Shown: positions 1 through 12,191, counted from the stretch's first letter. The stretch: 64,000 nucleotides of DNA from an uncultured Verrucomicrobiae bacterium (GCA_963801815.1 CAWDGJ010000003.1:881355-945354); one strand, 5' to 3'. Program-made: numbers and translations. The notes: generated from the letters alone by a model not told the origin.

Positions 1-131
1 CTGACGACGGAATTCGTCGTCAATCCGATCCTTCTCGGCGGCGTGCGCGTCCGCGTCGGCAGCGACGTCTGGGACAGCAGTGTGCGCAATCGTCTGGAGC
101 GCTTCAGCAACAACTTTAACCAACGAAAACC

Positions 132-135
<4 letters not shown>
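1..135 (+). CDS. atpH: ATP synthase F1 delta subunit, 3' end only
   Basis: Frame 1 reads [35 protein letters not shown], the OSCP/delta C-terminal motif, directly before atpA. As written it stops at TGA 133-135 overlapping the atpA ATG; one missing C near 102 would instead give RLQQQL-stop at 119. Confidence 0.85.
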
Positions 136-1664
<1,529 letters not shown>

Positions 1665-1675
1665 TTTAAACGAAA

Positions 1676-2551
1676 ATGGCAAACACGCAGGACATACGGC
1701 GCCGGATCAAATCGATCCGCAACACGGCCAGATCACGAAGGCGATGCAGATGGTCGCGGCTTCGAAGATGCGCAACGCGCAGCAGCACGCGCTCGCTGGC
1801 CGTCCTTATGCCGAGTTGATGAACCGGGTGCTCGTCTCGCTTCAGAAACGCACCGATCCGACGCTTCATCCGCTTCTTCAGGTCCGCGAGCTCAAGAAAG
1901 AACTCGTTTTCATCATTAGCACCGACAAGGGCCTTGCCGGCGCGTTAAACACAAACCTCTTTCGCGAGGCCGCGAACTTCGACCCGGCGAAGACCGCGTT
2001 CATCGTGACGGGCAAAAAGGCGCGGCAGTTTATCGCCCGAACAAAGCGCGAGTTGCTCGCTGATTTCGAATTAAAGGATGCGCCGAGCTTCGTCGAGACC
2101 AAGGCGATTTCGAAATTCTGCATCGAGAAATTTCTCACCCGCGAAGTCGACAAGGTCACCGTGCTCTACACCCATTTCATTAACACGATCAATCAGAAGC
2201 CGGTGGCCCAAACCTTGCTGCCGATCAGTAAATTTGATTTGCCGAAAGGCGAGTCCACTGAGTCCGGCGCGACCGATGTCGATCCGATGCTCGGTTACAT
2301 TTTTGAGCCGAACGCACAGGAAGTGCTCGACTTCATGCTGCCGTATTATCTTGCAGTATCAGGTTTACCAGATGATCCTCGATGCGCGTGCTTCCGAGCA
2401 CAGCGCGCGAATGGTCGCGATGAAGAACGCGACCGACAACGCGAACCAGTTCATCAAGGATCTGACCCTCGAATACAACAAGATGCGCCAGGCCAGCATC
2501 ACGACCGAATTGCTCGAGATCTCGACCGCGCAGATGGCGCTCGGCGGTTAG
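1676..2551 (+). CDS. atpG: ATP synthase F1 gamma subunit, with two apparent frameshifts (~1728 and ~2352)
   Basis: ATG 1676 gives [17 protein letters not shown]; another frame continues [13 protein letters not shown]...LPYY; the original frame resumes QYQVYQ...[17 protein letters not shown]...[12 protein letters not shown]. Confidence 0.95.
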
Positions 2552-3979
<1,428 letters not shown>

Positions 3980-3985
3980 ATAGAA

Positions 3986-4396
3986 ATGGCCGCGACGCTC
4001 AAACTTGAGATCGTTACACCTGAGGAGAAAATTTATTCCGAAGATGTGGAGATGGTCACGCTTCCCGGAGCGGAAGGCGAGCTCGGCGTTTACCCTAACC
4101 ACGTTCCTGTCCTGACCACGTTGAAGCCGGGCGAGTTGCGTGTCCTGAAAGACGGACGAGCGACGGCGATGGCCGTTGGCGAAGGTTTTGTCGAGATCAA
4201 AGCGGACAGTATTTCGGTTTTAACCGACATGGCGCTCCAATCCGAGAAGATCGATCTCGCGGCCGCCGAAGCTGCGGTCGCTCGGGCGCAGGCGGCGATG
4301 AAGGAAGACACCTCGCCGGAGCAATTGGTGGCGATTCAGGCGTCGTTGTCAAAGGCGCTCGCGCAATTGCACGTCCGCCGCCGTCATCACTCGTAG
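3986..4396 (+). CDS. atpC: ATP synthase F1 epsilon subunit
   Basis: LKLEIVTPE...GELGVYPNHVP motif; last gene of the atp operon. Confidence 0.97.
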   Translation: MAATLKLEIVTPEEKIYSEDVEMVTLPGAEGELGVYPNHVPVLTTLKPGELRVLKDGRATAMAVGEGFVEIKADSISVLTDMALQSEKIDLAAAEAAVARAQAAMKEDTSPEQLVAIQASLSKALAQLHVRRRHHS

Positions 4397-4405
4397 TCGG
4401 ATACT

Positions 4406-5215
4406 TTGCAGACCCCGGAGATTCTCGGAATCATTGCGGGCAACGGCGTTTACCCGAAAGTTTTAACGTCCGCCGCTCGCAAAGGTGGTGTCAAAAAAAT
4501 AATCGCCGCCGCGTTCACGGATGAAACAGATCCGTCGATCGACCAGCAGGCGGACGTCGTCGAATGGTTGCGAGTCGGTCAGTTAGGCCGGCTGCTAAAA
4601 TTGTTTCGTGACCACAAAGTTCGCCAGGCGATCATGGCCGGGCAGATCGCGCCGAAGAATCTCTTCGATTTGCGGCCGGACGTAAAAGCGCTTGTCGTTC
4701 TCGCGAAGTTGAAACGGCGTAACGCCGAATCCATTTTCACTGCGATCGCCGACGAGTTGAAGAAGGTGGATGTCAATCTTCTGCCGGCGACGGCATTTCT
4801 GGATGACCAACTCGCCACCAAAGGTCTGATTGCCGGAGCCAAGTTATCGCGCGCGGAAGAGAACGATGTCGATCTTGGTTGGAGTGTCGCCAAGGAAATT
4901 GCGCGGCTCGATATCGGCCAGACCATCATTGTAAAAAACGGAACTGTACTCGCGGTTGAAGCGTTTGAGGGAACAAATGACGCGATCCAGCGCGGCGGAG
5001 CGCTCGCGCGCGACGGCACGGTCATGATCAAGGTCGCAAAGCCGAACCAGGACATGCGCTTCGACGTCCCGGTAATCGGCGTTGAAACAATCAAAATCGC
5101 CGCCGAGGCAAATCTTCGTGTGATCGCGGTTGAAGCAGGAAAAACCTTGCTGCTTGAGCGCGACAAAGTTGTCGATCTCGCGCGACGCTCCAAAATTTCG
5201 ATCGTCGCAAGGTAA
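4406..5215 (+). CDS. lpxI: UDP-2,3-diacylglucosamine diphosphatase LpxI family
   Basis: LGIIAGNG, DIGQ, AVEAFEGT and KPNQDMRFDVPVIG motifs. Confidence 0.92.
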   Translation: MQTPEILGIIAGNGVYPKVLTSAARKGGVKKIIAAAFTDETDPSIDQQADVVEWLRVGQLGRLLKLFRDHKVRQAIMAGQIAPKNLFDLRPDVKALVVLAKLKRRNAESIFTAIADELKKVDVNLLPATAFLDDQLATKGLIAGAKLSRAEENDVDLGWSVAKEIARLDIGQTIIVKNGTVLAVEAFEGTNDAIQRGGALARDGTVMIKVAKPNQDMRFDVPVIGVETIKIAAEANLRVIAVEAGKTLLLERDKVVDLARRSKISIVAR

Positions 5216-5353
5216 ATGGAGCCTAGGGGATTATCCAAAGCTGCGCTTTGGCTCCGGTCTAAGAGCTTCGCTTCTAACCCTGCGCTTCGCGCCCCGCCGG
5301 TCGAACAAGATTCTCATCCCCTGCAAGGTCATTTGATTTCGCTCTGCGAAATT
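5216..5353 (-). repeat. tRNA-linked structured repeat ending in a 17-bp copy of the tRNA-Ala 3' end
   Basis: ATGGAGCCTAGGGGATT occurs at 5216-5232 and 5354-5370; the 121 bp between contain short hairpins and a degenerate T-arm. Confidence 0.8.
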
Positions 5354-5354
5354 A

Positions 5355-5427
5355 TGGAGCCTAGGGGATTCGAACCCCTGACCTCCTCAATGCCATTGAG
5401 GCGCTCTACCAACTGAGCTAAGACCCC
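5355..5427 (-). tRNA. tRNA-Ala(GGC), CCA not encoded
   Basis: Minus strand GGGGTCTTAGCTCAGTTGGTAGAGCGCCTCAATGGCATTGAGGAGGTCAGGGGTTCGAATCCCCTAGGCTCCA: cloverleaf, G3:U70 pair, GGC anticodon, TTCGAAT T-loop. Confidence 0.98.
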
Positions 5428-5436
5428 GCTTGAAGA

Positions 5437-5471
5437 ATTGTAGATTGTAGATTTTCGATTGTAGATTGCAA
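5437..5471 (-). promoter_or_regulatory. Heptamer array (ATTGTAG)n that also spells a candidate sigma70 promoter for tRNA-Ala
   Basis: ATTGTAG ATTGTAG ATTTTCG ATTGTAG ATTGCAA; the minus strand reads TTGCAA-N16-TACAAT ending 16 nt before the tRNA. Confidence 0.55.
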
Positions 5472-5484
5472 ACACGAGTCCACG

Positions 5485-6558
5485 ATGTCGTCAAAGGATA
5501 CAAAATCTCGGGAACAGAGGATTGTGCGGAGTGAAGATCCGCTCAATCTCGAGATGCCGTTCGAGCAACTCGATGGTTTCATCACGCCAACCAAATCATT
5601 TTACGTTCGGACACATTTTCCGATTCCGAAAATCAATAAGATCGAATGGCGTCTGCGAATTGAAGGCGAAGTCGAGAAACCGCTCGAAATAGGGTTCAAC
5701 GAGTTAGTGAAAATCGAGTCAAAGAAGATTCCAGCGACGCTTGAGTGCGCCGGAAACAATCGAAATTTCCTGGAGCCAAAAGTCAAAGGTGTGCAATGGG
5801 GACTCGGTGCGGTCGGTAACGCCGATTGGACTGGCGTTCCGCTTTCCATCGTGCTCGATCGCTCCGGTGTGAAATCAACCGCGCGCGAAATAATTCTGGA
5901 AGGCGCGGACTGCGGTCGACTGGAAGATCCGAAAAGCCCGCGCGGCGAAATCAATTTCGCCCGCAGCATTCCGTTGGAAAAAGCACGCGACGTTTTGCTC
6001 GCCTACAAAATGAATGGTGTCGATCTTCCGCCGGAGCACGGGTTTCCGGTGCGCGCGATCGTCCCCGGCTGGTACGCAGTCGCGTCGATCAAGTGGCTCC
6101 AGCGAATCATCGTCACTGACAAACCGTTCAACGGTTACTATCAAACGCTCGATTACGCGTTTTGGTCGCGACGTGGTAACGACGCCCAATTGATGCCACT
6201 TTCGGAACTTCAGATTAAAGCCGAGATCGCCCGGCCGAAGCCTGCTGAAGTGGTTCAAGCAAATTCGCATTTTCGCGTTCACGGCGCGGCTTGGACCGGC
6301 CATGGTGAGATCACAAAGGTTGAGCTCAGCTTCGACAATGGAAAAACCTGGAGCGACGCGAAGTTGCTCGGAGAATCGAAGCCAAACGCCTGGCGACTCT
6401 GGGAATTTGATTGGAAGACGCCGTCCCGCGCAGCGAAAGCAACGGTAATCGCGCGCGGAACTGATTCGACTGGTGAGACCCAGCCTTTGGAGCGCGATCC
6501 AGATCGCGGCACTTACATGATCAATCATTTGCTGCCAATTGAGGTGGACGTGAAGTGA
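5485..6558 (+). CDS. Sulfite oxidase family molybdopterin oxidoreductase
   Basis: FYVRTH, LECAGN (Mo-ligating Cys), HGFPVRAIVPGWY, IKWL and a C-terminal dimerisation domain (WRLW). Confidence 0.92.
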   Translation: MSSKDTKSREQRIVRSEDPLNLEMPFEQLDGFITPTKSFYVRTHFPIPKINKIEWRLRIEGEVEKPLEIGFNELVKIESKKIPATLECAGNNRNFLEPKVKGVQWGLGAVGNADWTGVPLSIVLDRSGVKSTAREIILEGADCGRLEDPKSPRGEINFARSIPLEKARDVLLAYKMNGVDLPPEHGFPVRAIVPGWYAVASIKWLQRIIVTDKPFNGYYQTLDYAFWSRRGNDAQLMPLSELQIKAEIARPKPAEVVQANSHFRVHGAAWTGHGEITKVELSFDNGKTWSDAKLLGESKPNAWRLWEFDWKTPSRAAKATVIARGTDSTGETQPLERDPDRGTYMINHLLPIEVDVK

Positions 6559-6564
6559 AATAAT

Positions 6565-6628
6565 CTGTGGTGGCAGGCGTCTCGCCTGCGGGAAAAGAAT
6601 TTGCAGCCGGGGACGGTTGCCGTCACAG
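6565..6628. repeat. REP-like palindrome pair
   Basis: CTGTGGTGGCAGGCGTCTCGCCTGC...GCAGCCGGGGACGGTTGCCGTCACAG: two hairpins with inverted ends. Confidence 0.65.
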
Positions 6629-6673
6629 CTCAAGTTAGTTGAACTTGGTTACACCTTCGGGTTAAGTCTTGGC

Positions 6674-8074
6674 GTGTCGCTCGTTTTTAAGACAGTTCAA
6701 ACGCCGGGGATCGCCGAACTCTCATATCTTGTCGGTGATGATGACGAAGGTCTCGCCGCGGTGTTCGATCCGCGCCCAGACTGCGACATCTACATCAGCA
6801 TGGCGCGCGAAGCAGGCGTGGCGATAACGCACATTTTTGAGACGCACATCCACGCCGACCTAGTGAGCGGCTCGCGCGAGCTCTGCGCGCGGTTGGAGTC
6901 GGCGAAAATTTATGCGAGCCACGAAGGTGGCGCAAAATACGACTTCGCGGTCGAAACACTGAGAGACGGCGATCGTTTCGAATTCGGCGAAGTGCTGATT
7001 ACGGCAAAACACACGCCGGGTCACACCCCGGAGCATATGTCGTATCTGCTGGCCGATGTCGAGCTTCCGGACGAGCCGTGGGGAATTCTCACCGGCGATT
7101 CGCTTTTCGTTTCGTCGGCGGGTCGTCCCGATTTGCTGGGCGAAAAACACACAAAGCAGCTGGCGGAACAACAGTTTCATACGCTCCACGATTTTTATCT
7201 CAAAATGCCTGACCACGTGATGATTTATCCGAATCACGGCGCGGGCTCGCCTTGCGGTGCTGACATCGGGGCGCGTTTAACCAGCACGATCGGTTACGAA
7301 CGGCGCCACAATAAGTTTCTCCAGTTCGATGATGTGCAAACGTTCACCGACTACGCGTTGAAAACCGCGCCGCCGGTCCCGACCTACTATCCGCGGATGA
7401 AAAAAGTGAACGCGACAGGCCCGGAAGTGCTCGGCAGTTTACCGCGCGTTGCTGGGTTACCCCCGAAGCAATTCAAAGCGGCGATCGGAAAGAACGGCAA
7501 TCAGCTCGTCGATGTACGAACGATGCTCGCATTTGGTGGCGGTCACATCGCCGGCGCATTGAATATTGGTGGCTCGCCGATTCTTTCGATTTGGGCCGGC
7601 TGGATGCTCGATCCCGGGAAGCCGATTCTGCTCGTTCTCGAAAATGACGGCGATCTCGAAAACATTTTGCGTCTTTTTGTGCGCACGGGTTATACGAGCT
7701 TCGCCGGTTATCTGATCGACGGAATGAAGTCGTGGGACGCGGCCGGATTTCCGATCGAGCGAATTCCGCAAATGAGCGTTCACGAGTTGAACGAACGACA
7801 ATCGTCGTTGCAGATTGTGGATGTTCGCGGACCGGGTGAATGGAAAAAAGGTCACGTCCCTGGCGCGAGGCACATTTTTGTTCCCGAACTTCAAAAGCGA
7901 ATGGGCGAATTGGATCGCAACCAACCGACGGTGGTTTATTGTGGAAGCGGTTATCGCTCGAGCATTGCCGCGAGCATTCTGAAACCGGCCGGATTCAAGG
8001 AACTTTGGAACGTCCCGGGCAGTTGGGAAGCATGGAAGAAGGCAAAACTACCGATCGAAGACGGAGCGGGTTGA
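6674..8074 (+). CDS. MBL-fold persulfide dioxygenase-like protein fused to two rhodanese domains
   Basis: ETHIHADLVSG, TPGHTPEH, TGDSLF; rhodanese motifs DVR...GHIAGA and YCGSGYRS. Start moved to GTG 6674 because the upstream part of the ORF overlaps a repeat. Confidence 0.88.
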   Translation: MSLVFKTVQTPGIAELSYLVGDDDEGLAAVFDPRPDCDIYISMAREAGVAITHIFETHIHADLVSGSRELCARLESAKIYASHEGGAKYDFAVETLRDGDRFEFGEVLITAKHTPGHTPEHMSYLLADVELPDEPWGILTGDSLFVSSAGRPDLLGEKHTKQLAEQQFHTLHDFYLKMPDHVMIYPNHGAGSPCGADIGARLTSTIGYERRHNKFLQFDDVQTFTDYALKTAPPVPTYYPRMKKVNATGPEVLGSLPRVAGLPPKQFKAAIGKNGNQLVDVRTMLAFGGGHIAGALNIGGSPILSIWAGWMLDPGKPILLVLENDGDLENILRLFVRTGYTSFAGYLIDGMKSWDAAGFPIERIPQMSVHELNERQSSLQIVDVRGPGEWKKGHVPGARHIFVPELQKRMGELDRNQPTVVYCGSGYRSSIAASILKPAGFKELWNVPGSWEAWKKAKLPIEDGAG

Positions 8075-8078
8075 CGCG

Positions 8079-8519
8079 TTATGGATTTCTCCATCTGTGT
8101 CTGTGGCGCGGCGGCGGCGTAGCGCCGTCTCTGGCGTAGGGCGCCCAGAAATCGGTGTCGGCCACATCGGACAGGGAGTCCCACGTTGAGCTGGGCACAG
8201 TTGGCAACGTGTCCACGATCTGATCTCCGTAATAGTCTCCGAGAACGTTCTGCCCCGTCTCATAAAGGCGACCGTCTTTTAGGTAATCGATCCAATCATC
8301 CACTTCGACCGCGTCCCCACTGTTGCGGTTGGTCTCGAGTGCGTATTGAGCGAGCGCGTCGTCTATTAAACGTAGATCATTCTTTACCAAGCTAGCCTGT
8401 GAGCGTTTTCGAGCGCGCAGGAAGCCCGGCACGGCAATGGCAGCGAGCAAGGCAATGACCGCCGCGACGATCATTATTTCGACGAGCGTGAATCCAGCCC
8501 GGCGGATTGTGGTTTGCAC
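8079..8519 (-). CDS. Prepilin-type N-terminal cleavage/methylation protein (pilin/pseudopilin)
   Basis: RRAG^FTLVEIMIVAAVIALLAAIAVP class III signal peptide. Confidence 0.9.
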   Translation of the reverse strand: MQTTIRRAGFTLVEIMIVAAVIALLAAIAVPGFLRARKRSQASLVKNDLRLIDDALAQYALETNRNSGDAVEVDDWIDYLKDGRLYETGQNVLGDYYGDQIVDTLPTVPSSTWDSLSDVADTDFWAPYARDGATPPPRHRHRWRNP

Positions 8520-8661
8520 CGATATTAGGCGGTAGCGACGATTCCGCTACTTTTTTAGCAGATAAAGTGCCAGTTTGTGAGGCGCAACCCGGTTTTCGCC
8601 GGAATTTGTTGAAATGCGCCCGCCGTGTCAGTATGGAATGCCAGCCAGCGAAAAATAAGCG

Positions 8662-9465
8662 ATGTCTCAGGCAGAATTGACGATCCCACGGCGCTCATTC
8701 GGCGCGACAACGCGCTCCGATCTTTGGTGGCTGCAACCACTGCTCGTCTTTCTTGGATTGTCGACGTTCATCGTTTATTCGACATGGGCCGCGTTTCAGG
8801 GCGCGCATTATTATATCGGCAATTATATCTCGCCGTTTTATTCGCCCGAGATTTTCGGCGCTTCACCGCATGCATGGTTTCAGGGCGCGCCGAAGTGGTG
8901 GCCGCATTGGATTAATTATTCGCCCGCTTTTCTGATTCTGTGGGCGCCGGGATGTTTCAGACTTACCTGTTATTATTACCGCGGCGCGTATTACAAAGCT
9001 TTCTGGGCCGACCCACCGGCGTGCACAGTGGGGGAGCCGCGCAAAACTTATCTCGGTGAGCGGTCGTTCCCGCTCATCATGCAAAACATTCATCGCTATT
9101 TTCTTTATATTGCCCTCCTGGTCATCCTTGCTCTGGCCTACGACGTCTGGGAAGCGCTCTGGTTTGTCGATCCGACGACTGGCAAAACATCTTTTGGGAT
9201 CGGCGTCGGCACGATTGTGCTCGGTCTGAACGTTTACTTGCTCGGAGGTTACACCTTTGGATGTCATTCGCTTCGACATTTGGTGGGCGGATTTCTCGAT
9301 CAATTGTCCGAATCAAAACTTTGCGATCGCGCCTACGCCTGCGTGAGCTGTTTTAATCGCCGCCATATGATGTGGGCGTGGACAAGTTTGTTCTGGGTTG
9401 GTTTCTCCGATGTCTACGTGCGCATGTGTGCAATGGGCATCTGGCACGACTTCCGAATCTTTTAA
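8662..9465 (+). CDS. Succinate dehydrogenase membrane anchor, mycobacterial Sdh1-like
   Basis: Multi-TM protein with FRLTCYYYR and GCHSLRHL motifs, directly upstream of flavoprotein and Fe-S subunits. Confidence 0.85.
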   Translation: MSQAELTIPRRSFGATTRSDLWWLQPLLVFLGLSTFIVYSTWAAFQGAHYYIGNYISPFYSPEIFGASPHAWFQGAPKWWPHWINYSPAFLILWAPGCFRLTCYYYRGAYYKAFWADPPACTVGEPRKTYLGERSFPLIMQNIHRYFLYIALLVILALAYDVWEALWFVDPTTGKTSFGIGVGTIVLGLNVYLLGGYTFGCHSLRHLVGGFLDQLSESKLCDRAYACVSCFNRRHMMWAWTSLFWVGFSDVYVRMCAMGIWHDFRIF

Positions 9466-9547
9466 GCGATGAAGCGAGATGCGTTAAAGCGGACTCAATT
9501 TTCCCTCGGCCAGCGCTTCAACGCTTCAACCGTTTAACTCTTCAACG
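9462..9547. repeat. Inverted octamer tandem-repeat element
   Basis: Left TTAAGCGATGAAGCG...GTTAAAGCG; right CTTCAACG CTTCAACC GTTTAACT CTTCAACG. Confidence 0.6.
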
Positions 9548-9553
9548 AAATCC

Positions 9554-11365
9554 ATGTCCGATTACGAAACATTCACCCACGATGTTCTTGTCATCGGGTC
9601 GGGCGGGGCCGGGTTGCGTGCCGCAATTGAAGCGTCGGCGGCAGGAGTTTCGGTCGGCATGGTATGCAAATGTTTGCTCGGCAAAGCACATACCGTGATG
9701 GCGGAAGGCGGCATCGCCGCGGCACTTGCCAATGTCGATGACCGCGACAACTGGCAGGTACACTTCGCCGACACCATGCGCGGCGGACAATATGTCAACA
9801 ATTGGCGCATGGCCGAGCTGCATGCCAAGGAAGCGCCAGATCGCGTTCGCGAACTCGAAGCCTGGGGCGCGGTGTTCGATCGCACCAGCGACGGACGCAT
9901 TCTTCAGCGCAATTTTGGGGGCCACAAATATCCGCGGCTTGCACACGTGGGAGATCGCACGGGTCTTGAAATGATTCGGACGTTGCAGGACCACGGCGTT
10001 CATCGCGGAATCGAAATTCACATGGAGATTTGCATTCTCGCGCTGCTGAAAGACGGCGCTCGAATCGCGGGCGCGTTTGGCTACGATCGTGAACGCGGCC
10101 GGTTCAAGATTTTTCGCGCGAAAGCGATCGTGCTTGCGACGGGCGGAATCGGCAAGGCCTACAAAATCACGAGCAACAGCTGGGACTGCACCGGCGACGG
10201 GCACGCACTCGCGTATCATGCCGGCGCGGAATTGATCGACATGGAGTTTATTCAATTTCATCCAACAGGAATGGTCTGGCCGCCGAGCGTTCGCGGAATG
10301 CTAGTGACCGAAGGGGTGCGCGGCGAAGGGGGGATTCTCACGAACAAAGAAGGAAGGCGCTTCATGTTCGATGCGATTCCCGACAACTACCGCAGTCAAA
10401 CCGCGGACAATCCGGACGAAGGATGGCGTTATTGCACGGGCGATAAAAACGCCCGGCGGCCACCCGAGTTGCTCACCCGCGACCACGTTGCCCGCTGCAT
10501 CGTACGGGAGATTAAAGAAGGGCGGGGAACTCCGCACGGCGGTGTTTACCTCGACATTTCGTGGATCAAAGAAAAGGTTCCGAACGCCGAAGAGCACATC
10601 AAACGCAAGTTGCCGAGCATGTATCACCAGTTCAAAGCGCTCGGCGACATCGACATCACAAAGGAACCGATGGAGGTCGGGCCGACAACCCATTACATCA
10701 TGGGCGGCGTCCACGTTGACCCTGATACGGAAATGTCGCGTGTGCCGGGTTTGTTTGCCGCGGGCGAATGCGCGGCCGGCATCAACGGCGCCAATCGTCT
10801 CGGCGGCAACTCGCTCTCTGACCTGCTCGTTTTTGGAAAACGCGCAGGCGAATTCGCCACCCGCTATGCGAGGGACAATCAATTAGGCAAAATCGATGAC
10901 AAACAGATCGACCTTGTCGTCGCCGCGGCGCTGAAGCCATTCGAGCACGAGACCGGTGAAAATCCTTACGCCGTCCAGCGCGATTTGCAGGAAGTGATGC
11001 AGCACAATGTCGGCATTGTCCGGAACGAACACGAAATGCAAACCGCGCTGGAAGAAATTCAAAAACTCTGGGACCGCGCCAATCAGGTGGGTGTGATTGG
11101 AAATCGCGATTTCAATCCCGGCTGGCATACCGCACTTGACTTGAAAAGCCTGCTTACGATTTCGGAGGCGATTGCCCGCGCTGCCATCGAGCGAAAGGAA
11201 AGCCGTGGTGCGCAGTTCCGGGACGACATTCCGGAAAAGGTCGAACGGTTTTCAAAGCTGAACACGATTATCGTGAAAGGCGACGATGGTTCGATGCAGG
11301 TTCGACTCGAACCATTGCCGGAAATGCCCGATTATCTAGGACGGGTGATCGAGGAAATGAAATGA
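9554..11365 (+). CDS. sdhA: Succinate dehydrogenase/fumarate reductase flavoprotein
   Basis: GSGGAG, AHTVMAEGG (FAD-linked His), QFHPTG, HYIMGG, GANRLGGNSL, RKESRG. Confidence 0.95.
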   Translation: MSDYETFTHDVLVIGSGGAGLRAAIEASAAGVSVGMVCKCLLGKAHTVMAEGGIAAALANVDDRDNWQVHFADTMRGGQYVNNWRMAELHAKEAPDRVRELEAWGAVFDRTSDGRILQRNFGGHKYPRLAHVGDRTGLEMIRTLQDHGVHRGIEIHMEICILALLKDGARIAGAFGYDRERGRFKIFRAKAIVLATGGIGKAYKITSNSWDCTGDGHALAYHAGAELIDMEFIQFHPTGMVWPPSVRGMLVTEGVRGEGGILTNKEGRRFMFDAIPDNYRSQTADNPDEGWRYCTGDKNARRPPELLTRDHVARCIVREIKEGRGTPHGGVYLDISWIKEKVPNAEEHIKRKLPSMYHQFKALGDIDITKEPMEVGPTTHYIMGGVHVDPDTEMSRVPGLFAAGECAAGINGANRLGGNSLSDLLVFGKRAGEFATRYARDNQLGKIDDKQIDLVVAAALKPFEHETGENPYAVQRDLQEVMQHNVGIVRNEHEMQTALEEIQKLWDRANQVGVIGNRDFNPGWHTALDLKSLLTISEAIARAAIERKESRGAQFRDDIPEKVERFSKLNTIIVKGDDGSMQVRLEPLPEMPDYLGRVIEEMK

Positions 11366-12144
11366 GCGAGACCAAAACGACGACGTTCAAAATCTGGCGC
11401 GGGAACGCGAACGGCGGGGAGTTTCGCGATTACACGGCCGAAGTCGCCGAAGGAATGGTGGTGCTCGATGCAGTGCACGACATCCAGCGTTCACAGGCGC
11501 AGGATCTCGCCTGCCGCTGGAATTGCAAAGCCGGCAAGTGCGGCTCGTGTTCGGCCGAGGTGAACGGCATGCCGAAGCTGATGTGCATGACCCGTTTGAG
11601 TGACTTGCCGCTCGAGAATCCGGTGCGAGTCGAACCGATGAAGGCGTTTCCGATCATCAAAGATTTGATCACGGACGTGTCGTGGAATTTTCGGGTGAAG
11701 AAAAAAATCAAGCCCTTCAAACCGCGTCCGCCTGACGCGCCCGACGGAACGTGGCGAATGAAGCAGGCGGACATCGATCGCATCGAGGAATTCCGTAAAT
11801 GCATCGAATGTTTTCTTTGTCAGGACGTTTGTCATGTCCTGCGTGATCACGGCAAGCACGACGAGTTCATCGGGCCGCGATTTCTGGTTCATGTTGCTGC
11901 GCTGGAAATGCATCCGCTTGACACCGAAAACCGGATCGAAGAACTGCGAAGAGCGCAGGGGATTGGGTACTGCAACATTACCAAATGCTGCACCAAGGTT
12001 TGTCCCGAAAGTATCCATATTACCGACAACGCGATCATTCCGTTAAAGGAACGGGTGGTGGACCAGTTCTTCGATCCATTTGGCTGGGTTTGGCGTTGGT
12101 TGAAACGAACGCTCGACAGCAGAGCTGTGAAATCCAGGCCGTGA
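11362..12144 (+). CDS. sdhB: Succinate dehydrogenase/fumarate reductase Fe-S subunit
   Basis: CKAGKCGSC, CIECFLCQDVC and CNITKCCTKVCP cluster motifs; ATGA overlap with sdhA. Confidence 0.95.
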   Translation: MSETKTTTFKIWRGNANGGEFRDYTAEVAEGMVVLDAVHDIQRSQAQDLACRWNCKAGKCGSCSAEVNGMPKLMCMTRLSDLPLENPVRVEPMKAFPIIKDLITDVSWNFRVKKKIKPFKPRPPDAPDGTWRMKQADIDRIEEFRKCIECFLCQDVCHVLRDHGKHDEFIGPRFLVHVAALEMHPLDTENRIEELRRAQGIGYCNITKCCTKVCPESIHITDNAIIPLKERVVDQFFDPFGWVWRWLKRTLDSRAVKSRP

Positions 12145-12185
12145 ATCGGTTTGCCTTCTTCGATTTAACGATTTAACGAATCACG
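12141..12185. repeat. Short octamer repeat remnant
   Basis: GTGAATCG...CGATTTAA CGATTTAA CGAATCACG. Confidence 0.45.
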
Positions 12186-12191
12186 GATTCC

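Noticed and set aside
1676..2551. Programmed frameshifting or true pseudogenisation of atpG
   Set aside because: No slippery site is evident, and similar indels hit several unrelated genes, which favours assembly error.
5216..5416. 66-aa ORF with repeated MEPRG
   Set aside because: It is the antisense reading of tRNA-Ala and its duplicated 3' end.
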